A DNA stretch of 63,267 nt, filler included, from Octopus bimaculoides (GCF_001194135.2; 4 parts of 4 records of this genome joined end to end with filler, not necessarily neighbours in it); one strand, 5' to 3'; shown: positions 1-11,849, numbered from the whole stretch's first letter. Numbers and translations are program-made. Notes: generated by a model not told the origin, from the letters alone.

Positions 1-1586
1 GAGAGAGAGAAAGAAATGCCTGCTTGTTTATTTCTGTCCTATGTTTATTTACGAGACTATATGTCGCTATTATACATTCCTTACTGCAAACCATTAACTG
101 GGTCAGAATCATACAATTAAAGAAACATAAAAAATAAAAAAAATGTTAAGATCTGGAACTAAAAAAAGTCTTCTGGTTCTCTTGTTTACTTTATATGAAG
201 TTTGTTGACAATGTAGCATGGCAGTTAGGTGGGGGAAGGGGAAAAAATAGGGTAAACCACCAAATTTAGACACATAAGAGTAATTATTTCTGTCATGCAG
301 ATCTGTAAATATAAAAATTTCCATCATCGGCAGGTCTTGAATTTCAAGGGGAGATGGTGGAGTTAATTATATCAATCTCCAACAGGGTTTTAGTCGAATA
401 TATTAATTACTCCAAGATACTTATTTCAGATGTTTGATCGAACAGCTAATGTTATGAGGCCCAGGAAAAAAGCACAAGACTAGTTTTTATTCTAGTGTAA
501 ACAAACACGAACACAGAGATGCACATGCATGCACAGTTTCCGTCTACCAAGTTCCACTCAAGATATTGGTCAACAAGTGACTATTAGCAGACACTTGCCA
601 AAGGTACTAGGCAGTGTGATTCCCTACAAAGAGCCATCTGGTTACAAAGTGAACTGCTGCTTAACCACTGAAGTTCAAAAACACAACGTGCACTCGGCTA
701 AGGAACTGAAACTATAAGTCCAAACCCTAACCACTAAGCCATGACTCTCCACATGCATATATATATATATATGTGCATGTATGTATGCAGTCATTACAGC
801 TGGCACCTCATATCTATTTATTCAAATTTCACATTACTAATCATCAGACTAGATCTAGAGTCTAGTAAAATAACTTTACCATTATGTTGGCCTTTTGTGT
901 GTAAATTAACAAGATTTTTTAATGGAAGGCTTTTAATTCAGATCACTGTGAGACAGAACCAGAGGTGGTTTCTGGTGGGTTAATAGCAAAAAGGTTAAAG
1001 GATTAAGTCATTAGTATTTAAGTCAGCCGTATCTACTCCAAATATACTGCTTTATGTTCAAACAAGCCAGATTCAGCTTTTCACATCTATCCAAAAACAT
1101 CTTTCTAAAAATAAACAATTATCATCAAAATTTCAAAGAAATGAGATAATGATAATTCATGATAAATTCAAAACAACATGGATAAATAAGCATTACATTT
1201 GACAGGGTAATCTGAATACTCAAGGGTTGATAAAGCACAGCTTTTGCCAAGCCTATCAGATAAAGCAGTTCTTTCTTAATGATGGCTCTGACTGACATGT
1301 AGGTGGACTGATACAGTAATAACTGTGTTCTGTCTATGGACAGAATGTAACAGTGCTGGTGACAGCAAACAAACTGTGAACACTTAGCGTCATAGTTCAA
1401 TATCTTAGCTAATTTATCATTAACAGAATCTATACTAACAACTTAATCATGGATTCACATTTTCACAGTGTTTATGTGCATGTGTGGGTATGTGTTTGTG
1501 CATTGTGTTTGTGAGTGTGTGTTTGTCTCCTTCTCTTGACACAGCACAATAGTTATAAAACAAGGGTCACCACCACACAAGCATTG

Positions 1587-2160
1587 GGTGCTACTTTAGC
1601 GTGTGGTCTACAGCAGTATCCTGTCTACAATGTGAAATTACTTTAACCATTACAATGCTGTTAAAGGATTTCTATAGATGTATAATTTTACAGAGGCTAT
1701 TGAGAGATCAAGGTTGGATTCCAAAACAACTATTTTCAAGAAAATGAGAGGCGCTAGTAGTGAGCTTTTCCAGTCACACCTTGATCACTTTTGCTGGAAA
1801 GTTTTGAGAAAAGATGCAACAGATTTATTTGTGGCATTCCTAAATGATGTACAAAGTGTGTATCATTAATTAAGATTTAAGTGTGAGATATTAATAAATC
1901 ATTATTCAACATTATTCAATTTGTTTTTATCATCCTCTTGTATAAAGTTCTTATAGTGGAGGTAGATCGCACGCTAAAGTGTAAAAGGGTAAGAAAAGGT
2001 AGACTGCACGCTAAAAGTAATTTCACAGCGTAGACAGGATACTGCAGTAGACTGCATGCTAAAATAGGATACTGCAGTAGACTGCATGCTAAAGTAGGAT
2101 ACTGCAGTAGACTGCATGCTAAAGTAGGATACTGTGATAGACTGCATGCTAAGTAGCACC
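1587..2160 (+). mobile_element. Internally deleted Merlin-superfamily (IS1595/ISXO2-like) DNA transposon
   Basis: TIRs begin GGTGCTACTT(T)AGC at both ends (left 1587-~1647, right ~2013-2160 with a 30-bp unit expanded). Internal ORF 1678-1869 reads TEAIERSRLDSKTTIFKKMRG...QSHLDHFCWK...DLFVAFLNDVQSVYH*, resembling the C-terminus of ISXO2/Merlin transposases (recalled motif IE.xW..xK...L.xYL.EF.WR). Partial TSD caagcattg/caagctact. Confidence 0.8.
2041..2155 (+). repeat. 30-bp tandem repeat (~4 copies, ACTGCAGTAGACTGCATGCTAAAGTAGGAT) inside the Merlin right TIR
   Basis: Directly visible; one inverted copy lies in the left TIR at ~1591-1628. Confidence 0.95.
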
Positions 2161-2513
2161 CAAGCTACTTTTTTTCTAGTTTACCATGAAAGCATGTCAG
2201 GCCATGAGGACGTATTACACTGTTTGGAACAAAGAAAAGGTTGGCAACAAGAGGGGCTTCCAGACATAGAAAATCTGCTTCACCAAAGCAGATGATATCA
2301 CAAACTAGGAACACTTAGCACTTTAGTTTAACACCTTAACCAATTTATCATTGATGGAATCTATACTTTTCGGCAACTTATTTATGAACCATTTTTTTTT
2401 CCTTATTCTTTTATTTAAAATTAAAATCCCACCAAATATCATGAAGAAATGATTATCTCCCTTGTATTAACTGTCTGCTAGGGCACAAACAAAACAATCT
2501 GAAATGTGTTTGT

Positions 2514-2556
<43 letters not shown>

Positions 2557-2894
2557 ATTTTTTGTCTTTTTCTAACAGTGTCACCAAACTTGTTAGAACA
2601 TGCATGCTAATGACATTTGTTGACACAGAAACTAGCATTTAATATTCAACTAAGAATGCCGTTGTCTAGTGAAGCAAGGAAGACCAAAATGTCAATCCCC
2701 TAAACCTTAAAAGGTCGTTCACACAAGAATGAACAAGATTAGAGTCATATAAACGAGACAATAAATAAATAAAAATATCAAAGAATTCAATATTAAATAA
2801 GGATTTTAACAAAAGACATCTTCATCAATCTTGCTTTTGTTAATATTATTTCTGCTAATCTGTTACTCGCAGATGGAAATTCATCTATCTTTCA

Positions 2895-3302
2895 TTTGCT
2901 TCAGTAATTGGAATGTGGCCATGCTGGGGCAATGCCTTGAAGGGTTTAGTAGAAAAAAATAAACCTCAGGTCTTTTTTTTATTTTTAAAAGCCTGGTATA
3001 TATTTGTAACAGTATCTTATTGTTAAGCCACTGAGTTGTAGAATGCAAACAAACCAACACTTGTTGTCAAGTGGTGGTGGTGGTGGTGGGAGGGGGTACA
3101 AACACAAAGACACACACACATGCATACATACATATATGCATGATGGGTTTTATTCAGTTTCTGTCTACCATATCCACTCACAAGTTTTGGTCAGCCCAGA
3201 ACCAGAATAGAAGACACTTGCTCAAGGCATCAGCCACACAGTGGAATTGAACCTGGAACCATGTGGTTAGGAAGTGTACTTCTTACCACACAGTCACACT
3301 GT
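2895..3302 (-). mobile_element. SINE family 1 (tRNA head + central domain + microsatellite + GACTGAAACAAGTAAAAGA tail), old copy
   Basis: Colinear with the copies at 6896-7299, 9501-9901 and 25523-25904. Confidence 0.8.
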
Positions 3303-3848
3303 GCCAATGGAAAGAAACAAAAAAATAGAGGATCATTGCCCAATTTCAGGAGCTACTATGTGGTCAACTGACTCGTTAGAAATAGTAGCCAAATGTTCCT
3401 CAAATCACACTCTACCATCTTGTATATGGTTTGCTTACATTGGATCAGTGTTCTTTATAACAAAAGGTATTTGTACACCTTGAACAAGGTGAAGTACGCA
3501 AATTATTATGTTTAATAAAAATAAAATGGGTTTAATGTTTTTATTGCTTTTATTACCATATTTCTGATGAAACACACCATGTTTGTTTCAATTAATTTTT
3601 AAAATAATGAAGAATTTGGTAAAAATAACTGTCATTATTAAGCTGGCTTTTGGGACGGATTTATTTGACTAACCCAACATGATAGTACTCCAGCATGGTG
3701 AGAAGGTCAAACGAAGAGTTAAAAACTGGTGAATGTTAACGATTGCCTAAATTAGAAACGAGTGGTTATTTCTGTTCTGAATCATGGTGTAAGATAAAAC
3801 GAATATAAATAGATAATGCCACACACATTCATTCTTAATATGTTCTGG

Positions 3849-4067
3849 CAGACGGAGGTGGCAAGCTGACAGAATTGTTAGCACATTGGGCAAAATGCTT
3901 AGTGGTATTTCACCCATCTTTACACTCTGAGTTCAAACTCCACCAGTGTCAACTTTACTTTTCATTCTTTCAGGATCAATAAAACAAGTACCAGTTGAGC
4001 ACTTGGGTCAATGTAATCAATTTACCCAACCCCCTAAAATTGCTGGCCTTGTGCCAAAATTTGAAAC
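3849..4067 (+). mobile_element. SINE family 2 (tail ...GCTGGCCTTGTGCCAAAATTTGAAAC) with 13-bp TSD
   Basis: TAATATGTTCTGG at 3836-3848 and 4068-4080; tRNA-like head with B-box GAGTTCAAACTCC; many sibling copies in the window. Confidence 0.85.
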
Positions 4068-4348
4068 TAATATGTTCTGGAAGGTTTGAACATGGATATA
4101 CTAATTACTGTTGTCTTCAGAGAACACCTTGTCTCTTCAGATGATGTGTATTCATAACACACCCAATTGGTTGATATAAAGGGATTTTAAGACCTTGTGG
4201 TGTTTTGACCTGGTTGTGTCTCTTCTGTCAAAGCTACGTTAAGATCAATGAATCTAAGCAAGAGTGAAGGATCTTGTTTATAGAATTTGGCAAACAAGTT
4301 ATTTGGCCGATGTCTGTTGATGTCTGCTGAACTGATAATAAATTACTA

Positions 4349-5592
4349 TCAGGTCATCCCATAAGTTCTGTCCGATTTTACCTTTTTTAAAATTGAATGA
4401 AATTTAATAGTATTTTAGAATGTCTAATGGAATCAAGAATTATTTTTATGCATTTGTGTACATTTAAACTAATTAAATATTATTTTACAGAATAATAGAA
4501 TTAAAATTTCTTTGATTAAAACCCTTTCTAACATGGAAGTATCTAAAGAGCATCTGAGACACATAATGCTTTATGAGTACAAAAAAGGAAACTCTGCAGC
4601 CGAAGCAAGTTGAAAGGTACACTCAGTTTATGGGAAAGAATGCTTGAATGAAAGAACTTGCAGAAGATGGTTTTCAAAATTCAGAAGTGGAGTCTTCAGC
4701 CTTGAGTTTGATGATAAGCTCCTTGAGGCATTACTTGAAGACAATCCTGCATTATCAGTTGAAGAATTGACAATAAAGCTCAGTTCAAACCATACAACTG
4801 TTCATCGTCATATTCAACATCTTGGAAAGGTTCCTAAACTTGGAAAATGGGTGCCTCATGAATTGTTCTAAAGCAACTGCAAATCCTGAGTTGACATCTG
4901 CTCTTCTCTCCATTCTCACAAACACATTTCACCTTTTTTGGATAGACTTGTGACGAAAAATGGATCTTCTATTGAAATGTTAAATGTCGTAACCAGTGGC
5001 TTGGTAAAAGGGAAAAAGCTCAACCACTACCAAGAAGTGAACTTCATAGGAAAAAGGTTCTTCTCTCTATCTGGTGGGATTACAAAGGAGTAATTCACTT
5101 TGAATTGTTACCACCTAATGCAACAATCAATGCTCAAGTCTACTGTTAGCAATTAGAGCGTTTGAACCAAGCTTTGAAGAAAAAAAGACCCGCTTTTGTG
5201 TATTGAAAAGAAGTGATGCTTCATCAGGACAATGCGTGACCCCACACTGCAAAGATCACAAAGAAGATCGAAGAGCTTGGTTGGGAAAAAATTCCTCATC
5301 CACCTTATTCTTCCGACCTTGCTCCTTCAGACTACCATTTGTTTCATAGTTTACGGAATCATTTGGGGGACATAACTTTCGCAAGCCAGGAGGAGGTCGA
5401 AACTGATATTTCAGAGTTCTTCACTTTGAAACCAAAAGAATTTTACATTGATGGGATTAAAAAGCTTGTAAATAGAAGGAAGTCATAGATAATCAGGGAA
5501 AGTACATTGATGATTAAATTTCAATTAAACATAATATTTGATCAATTGTTTTCTTTATTCAAAATTTGGACAGAACTTATGGGATGACCTGA
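4349..5592 (+). mobile_element. Near-full-length mariner (DD34D) transposon with a decayed transposase
   Basis: Perfect 25-bp TIRs (4349-4373 and 5568-5592) flanked by TA. Pseudo-ORF 4533-5517: MEVSKEHLRHIMLYEY...WVPHEL...HQDNA...HPPYSSDLAPSDYHLF...GKYIDD*, with stops and frameshifts. Confidence 0.97.
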
Positions 5593-5698
5593 TACATGCA
5601 TGCAGAACAGCAAGAATCAAAACAAAGACATATAAAGTCATTCTTAATAGAGAAAATTAAAAACAAAAATGAAAAGTAAAAGTAGTCATATTAAATAC

Positions 5699-5750
5699 CT
5701 TCAGGAGTAATTTGAACTCGGTCACCCATCTTTTCATAAGTTGCAAGCTC
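5699..5750 (-). CDS. SAT2: Internal coding exon (exon 2 equivalent) of a diamine/spermidine-spermine N-acetyltransferase (SAT1/SAT2 family, GNAT)
   Basis: Minus strand ttttcAG|GAG...CCTGAAG|GTattt, 52 nt, phase 0 to 1, encoding ELATYEKMGDRVQITPE. Compare human SAT2 ELAEFEKLSDQVKISEE and SAT1 ELAKYEYMEEQVILTEK; as recalled, SAT1 exon 2 has the same start, length and phase. Other exons were not located. Confidence 0.85.
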
Positions 5751-6294
5751 CTGAAAATGTATATAAAAAAGATATATATTAGAATGAGAGAGAGAGAGAA
5801 ACAGACAGACAGAATACATACTATGAAACTCTATAAGTCATTTAATAATTAAAATAATGAAGAGAAAAATATATACAAATGCATCATTTACCTCATTACA
5901 TTTTTTTTCAAGAGCCACAGAAAAGATAGGGTCATATTTCAAGAAGCATTAAAAACGGAAGGGTCATAGACATGTTAAGAGTAGTGTTGAGAGGTGGGAT
6001 TAAAATATAAGGACCATATTCAAGAAGTATTTGAAACCAATGAATGAATTTCTGCCTAGTGCTTGATTTGGCAAAGACAACAGTCAAATCTTTATTGCTT
6101 CTTACTCCACAATCTTAAAAGAGAAGGAAAGCCATGTCAGGTTGGTTATATCTGAAATGTCTTTGATAAAGGGTCTGCTTAATAAGGGCTGATCTGGGCT
6201 TTAAAAAGTCAACGGCTTGAATGTGTGTGTGTGAATAGTGAAGGTATGTGGCCTCGTGGTTAGGGTATTTGACTCACCATTTGTAATGTATACA

Positions 6295-6461
6295 TATATG
6301 ACGGGCTTCTTTAAGTTTCTGTCTACCAAATCCACTCACAAGGCTTTGGTTGGCCTGAAGCTATAGTAGAAGACATTTGCCCAAGGTGCCACACAGTGGG
6401 ACTGAACCTGGAATTATGTGGTTGATAAGCAAGCTACTTACTATACAGCCACTCCTGTGCC
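6295..6461 (-). mobile_element. SINE family 1, head and central domain only
   Basis: Matches the 5' half of full copies. Confidence 0.8.
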
Positions 6462-6895
6462 CATATCCAACTATTTACTTTATTGCTTGGGAGCCCAGGC
6501 AGAGTATAAAGTTAGACACAGAGGGCCAGGTCTGAGAGGGTTAATAGAGCAAGTAAAACAAACATTAAGGATTTATTGTGTCCCATCTGGTTCTCTACAC
6601 TCTTGAGTTTAAATCCAGGCATGATCAATGGTAATTTTTATCCCTTCAAAGTCAACAAAACAGTATTGAACCAGAATGGTGATCTGGTAGAAGTGATACA
6701 GCATTCAATAAGATGTCTTGCAGTATTGGTATTGTTTTGTGGTTCAATGCAACCTGAACAAATTTCTTTCATCCTTCTGTGATCTGGGTTCAAATCTTGC
6801 CAATGGTGATTAAATAAATACTAATCATGACACTAGATTTGATTCAAACAATTATATGCTCTCCTGACCTAAAAACATTTGTCTTCCCTCTTTCT

Positions 6896-7104
6896 CTCTT
6901 TTTACTCTTTTACTTGTTTCAGTCATTTGACTGTGACCATGCTGGAGCACCGCCTTTAGTCGAGCAAATTGACCCCGGGACTTACTCTTTGTAAGCCTAG
7001 TACTTATTCTATTGGTCTCTTTTGCCAAACCGCTAAGTGACGGGAACATAAACACATCAGCATCGGTTGTCAAGCAATGCTAGGGGACAAACACAGACAC
7101 ACAA

Positions 7105-7135
<31 letters not shown>

Positions 7136-7299
7136 CATATATATGATGGGCTTCTTTCAGTTTCTGTCTACTAAATCCACTCACAAGGCTTTGGTCGGCC
7201 CGAGGCTATAGTAGATGACACTTGCCCAAGGTGCCACGCAGTGAGACTGAACCCAGCCATGTGGTTGGTAAGCAAGCTACTTACCACACAGTCACTCCT
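6896..7299 (-). mobile_element. SINE family 1, full copy
   Basis: Reverse complement gives an AGGAGTGACTGTGTGGTAAG A-box-like head, a GGTTCAGTCTC B-box-like motif, a TA/TG linker and an (AGTAAAAG)n end. Confidence 0.9.
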
Positions 7300-7959
7300 T
7301 AACAAGTTAGCTCTGAGCAGACCTACAATCAAAGGCATTTCAGTTATGATTGGGATCATCATGATCATCATCATTTTAATGTATATTTTTCCAGAATTTT
7401 TTTTCTATGGCTGGACAACTCTTCCTGTCACCAACATTTCCACACATGTTTTCCAAGGGAGATAATAACCTTCTAGTCTATCGAACAACAGCTCTGGAAA
7501 GTGGTTGGGAAGTGAACTTTTTAACCACAGTCACATCCCTCTCTGTGACCCATGCTAGCATGGAAAGCGGACGTTAAATGAGGATGATGATGATGAGACA
7601 CTGCCACGCACACAATAACGCACACACAAACACAGGCAGTGTGATTTTAGTTCATCAAAGTGTGCGTGTGCGTGCACGCGTGTAAATAAACCAACAGATT
7701 CAGTTCTCCTGGAAATACCATGTTATGGTTGTGATGATATACAATGGCATATACATCAATGATATTTATTTTGCAGACGTGAAACAGTATATAGGCTTCT
7801 ACATTCTTAGTGATTGGGTACAGGAGGTGGCTGATGCATCATCTCCACTGCCACCACCACCACTATTGCTTTCCCATTGCCATTCTCAATCACTCCCATC
7901 ATCATCTCTTCTGCATCAGCTGATCTGGTCTTACTCCACTTCCCACAACCTCATGAACG

Positions 7960-8185
7960 CTACAGTATTAGTAGACCAGCTAGAAATAACCAAATCTCTG
8001 TTTAAAAATAAACAAAAAAAAAACAAAACAAAACAAAATATACATGAAAGAGGAAGGACACATTATCAGATAAGAGTCTGAGGTATTATAGCGGCTGAAA
8101 ATGAGATTGGATGGTCATGGCTGGTACACTTTGATTATAAGCCTGCTTTATTAGAACTGACATGGGACTGGCTTAATACAACGAA
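7960..8185 (+). mobile_element. SINE-like family 5 (CTAGAAATAGCAGCCAAATCTC...; (CAA)n tail), old copy; other fragments at ~3355-3440, 6100-6210, 8535-8720, 11740-11835, 12270-12360, 29265-29314, 41860-42070
   Basis: Recurrent diverged motif seen at many loci in the window. Confidence 0.6.
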
Positions 8186-8728
8186 ACTACCTCCACCACC
8201 ACCACCACTATTTCTCCCATCCCCGACCCTGTTGCCTTTAGCTGTTGGACCATTTCTCTTCAAAATGCAATTACCAAAACCCCTACCACCACCACCACCA
8301 CCACCACCATTCTCTCACTAGCATTACAAATACTTCCACCACCAACACCGCTACCACAGCTATAAGCTGACCCCTCCCCCTTCACTGCATCAAATGCTAC
8401 AACAACGACTACTACCACCACCACTCACCACTGCCTAATCAGCTGATATACTATTCCTTCCCTCATCAAACACCAAACAATACTATTCCTGACACCACCA
8501 CCAGTCTGTCGAAGGAGCCTTATCTCAAAGTGGTCAGTCGAACTGCTAGAAACGACAGCAAAAATCTCCCTCAAGATACATTCACACCTCCCCAACCCCG
8601 ACACTATCTTAGAATAGGATAACTTTTGATAACATGTTGTGGGGCTCCTTGACTGTAATGAGGAGAGAAAACAGGCAGGATGGTCACGATTGGAATGCTT
8701 TTGATCACTAGGTATTCTCAATCTAGGG

Positions 8729-8928
8729 CAGTGGTTTCCAAAGTGGGCAGTATTGCCGCCCCCCTCACGTCCGGGGGCGGTGGAAAGATCCAGGGAGCAT
8801 TGAAGAAAAGTAGGATGATAATGGGGTGGTCAAAATGGGGTGATATAAAAAAAATATTAATAGGCACAGGAGTGGTTGTGTGGTAAGTAGCTTGCTTACC
8901 AACCACATGGTTCCGGGTTCAGTCCCAC

Positions 8929-8967
<39 letters not shown>

Positions 8968-9307
8968 TGTCCTCCCAACATTGCTTGTCATCCGATGGTG
9001 GTGTGTTTACGTCCCCGTAACTTAGCGGTTCGGCAAAAGAGACCGATAGAATAAGTACTAGGCTTACAAAGAATAAGTCCTGGGGTCGATTTGCTCGACT
9101 AAAGGCGGTGCTCCAGTATGGCCACAGTCAAAAGACTGAAACAAGTAAAATAGTAAAAGAGGTTAAGTTAGGATTATGTTTTATTTGTGAAATACAGTTG
9201 TTTTGAATTCACTGCAGAAAATGGTCCATATCTGTGGTGGGAAAGCGCTAGGAATGTGGCCTGGGTGCCAAGTGGGGTGGCAGCCCAAAAAAGTTTGGGA
9301 ACCACTG
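8729..9307 (+). mobile_element. hAT (Charlie-like) non-autonomous element with perfect 8-bp TSD
   Basis: TIRs CAGTGGTTTCCAAA / TTTGGGAACCACTG; ATCTAGGG at 8721-8728 and 9308-9315. Confidence 0.92.
8862..9161 (+). mobile_element. SINE family 1 with its central domain deleted, nested in the hAT element
   Basis: Head joins the microsatellite linker directly after GGTTCAGTCCCAC; tail intact. Confidence 0.9.
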
Positions 9308-9456
9308 ATCTAGGGTTAACATGTAGGATGTTAAAAGACAGAAACCATTGCTGGTAGCTATTTGCCCTGTCACTTCCATCATCATGATCATTCCCCTTAC
9401 CACACCACCTACTACTGCTATCACCTGATCTACTGATCACTCACCACCACCACTAT

Positions 9457-9488
<32 letters not shown>

Positions 9489-9500
9489 TATCTGTACCTT

Positions 9501-9695
9501 TTCTATTCTTTTTATTTTTATTTGTTTCAGTCATTTAACTGTGGCCATGCTGGAGGACCGCCTTCAGTTGAATAAATCAACCCCAAAACTTATACTATCA
9601 GTCTCTTTTGCCGAATCACTAAGTTATAAGGACGTAAACACACCAACATCGGTTGTCAAGCGAGGGTGAGAGTACAAACACAGACACACAAACAT

Positions 9696-9737
<42 letters not shown>

Positions 9738-9901
9738 GACGGGCTTCTTTCAGTTTCTGTCTACCAAATCCACTCACAAGGCTTTGGTCAGCCCGAGACT
9801 ATAGTAGAAGACACTTGCCCAAGGTGCCACACAGTGGGACTGAACCTGGAACCATGTGGTTGGTAAGAAAGCTACTTACCACACAGCCACTCCTGCGCCT
9901 A
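9501..9901 (-). mobile_element. SINE family 1, full copy
   Basis: Colinear with the other copies. Confidence 0.9.
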
Positions 9902-10589
9902 CCTTGTCTCCAATTCTCACTATACTTACTGGCAAGTCATTTGTCAACTCAATAACCTTCAGCTATCATCATCCTATTACCACCACCACCACCACCACCA
10001 CCACTCCCACTAGCATAAACACCACCATCATCAAAGCCGTGATATCCTACCTCTGATACCATCACCAAGGTAGTGAATGGTTTAAGGTTGTTAAGGCTTT
10101 GCACTATTTGTTTTGTCCTGTCTCTCCGCTCAGCAAGATCAATGGTAATTTTTATCTTTCAGGGTCAACAAAACATAGTATCAATCCAGGATGTTGAAAT
10201 GGTAGCATTGATGCAGGACTGGATAGGATGTCATGCAGTATTGATATCATTTTGTGGTTCTATGCAACCTGAACAGGCAACAACTGCAACAATCCTGGCA
10301 ACAAGCTGCATCAATCATTGTGTTCCCTTTGAACAATATCAGTGACATACAGAAGGAAGACATACAGCAGGAGCAATGACAGGTTTTCTATGAAAATATA
10401 CTATATGGCCTGTGCCTTGAAGAGGAATTTCTGGATGGAAATCTAGGGCTTCATAAAACATATAGAGGGCCCAGATTATGAATGTACATATGTATATATA
10501 TATGGGTGTGTGTATACATCTCTGTAAGTGTGCATGTGTGTGTATGCAAATATTTATATGTATGTATGCATGTGTACATGTGCATGTAT

Positions 10590-11680
10590 GTATCATCAAA
10601 CGTTCCAATAGTATCAAGACTGCTGCCACCACCACCACCACCGATCATCATCAATATCACAAAGCCAATATCCATATCGTTATCATATCAATATCACCCT
10701 CATATTGATAACTGATCCTAATCAATATCATTATCACCCTCAACACCACCATCATCATCACTATCATCACCACCACCACCACCACAATAAAGACAAACGG
10801 TCACCACCACCACTATCATCATCACTATAATCACTACCAACCTTGTTAATAACATCAGCATCATTATCCTCATGACCACATTTCCTACAATCACCGCCAG
10901 CATCAACGCAATCATCATCATCATCATAATTACCACAACCCTCATCATCACCGTCTCAAATATCATAATGGTTATCATCAATGTCATCACTACCATTGCA
11001 ACATCTGCAATCATCATCACCATCATCATGGTCACTACAGCCATCATCATCTTCAACATCACTTCGATATCACAACTTCACTTCAACATCACTTCGATAT
11101 CACAACTTCACTTCAACATCACTTCGATATCATAACTTCCCTTCAACATCACTTCGATATCATAACTTCACTTCAACATCACTTCGATATCACAACTTCA
11201 CTTCAACATCACTGCGATATCATAACTATAATATCACTTCAATATCATTTTGAATTTAATATCGTTGTCACTGTCATCAGTAGCATCATCATAACCAACA
11301 TCATATAGCCACTGTCATCACAATTACCATCATAGCCAATATCATAGTCAACAACATCACTAGCTTCATCATAACCAATATCAGAATCACTGATATCAAA
11401 TACGCAAGAAGAATGTCGTCAGCATCACTGCCAACGTCATCATCACCGTTATTGATGCCATTGTCATTACTACAATTAACTTCATTGCTTTCATTAACAC
11501 AAATTGCATCATCACCACCACCACCATCACTGTCATGTAATGTAAGGGCTACCACAATCAGACACCCACTCATCTACTACATCAAGAACCACCTCCAGCA
11601 CTACTACCAGAGCCACTAAACTTACCAGCACCACCACCACCACCACACCACTGCTGCCATTACAACAGCCATTATTATCA
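10590..11680. repeat. Degenerate (CAT/CAC)n low-complexity tract
   Basis: Directly visible; produces spurious poly-I/T/S/M ORFs. Confidence 0.9.
11051..11250 (+). repeat. 30-bp tandem repeat (~6.5 copies, CTTCAACATCACTTCGATATCACAACTTCA)
   Basis: Directly visible head-to-tail units with no spacers. Confidence 0.95.
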
Positions 11681-11849
11681 GCAAGGATAAAATGTAAGCC
11701 GGTGGGGGGGGGGAAGGAGGAGAGAAACCCTCTTTGTTTTCACTCAATCTGCTAGAAATAGCAGCCAAATCTCCCTCAAACCACACATCATTATCTTAAA
11801 TAAAAGAAAGGACACAAGGCAGTGGTTAATATTGTCCCACATATGTACT

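Noticed and set aside
109-327. Minus-strand acceptor at ~302 giving DLHDRNNYSYVSKFGGLPYF as SAT exon 3
   Set aside because: Phase fits, but similarity beyond the first DL is unconvincing.
2185-2304. Open 120-nt phase 1-1 minus-strand exon candidate as SAT exon 3 (VCDIICFGEADFLCLEAP...)
   Set aside because: Lacks the conserved DGFG..P motif and overlaps an antisense RTE-type SINE tail remnant; at most a cryptic exon.
11051-11250. 30-bp repeats (here and at 2041-2155) as a CRISPR array
   Set aside because: No spacers, no cas genes, eukaryotic context.
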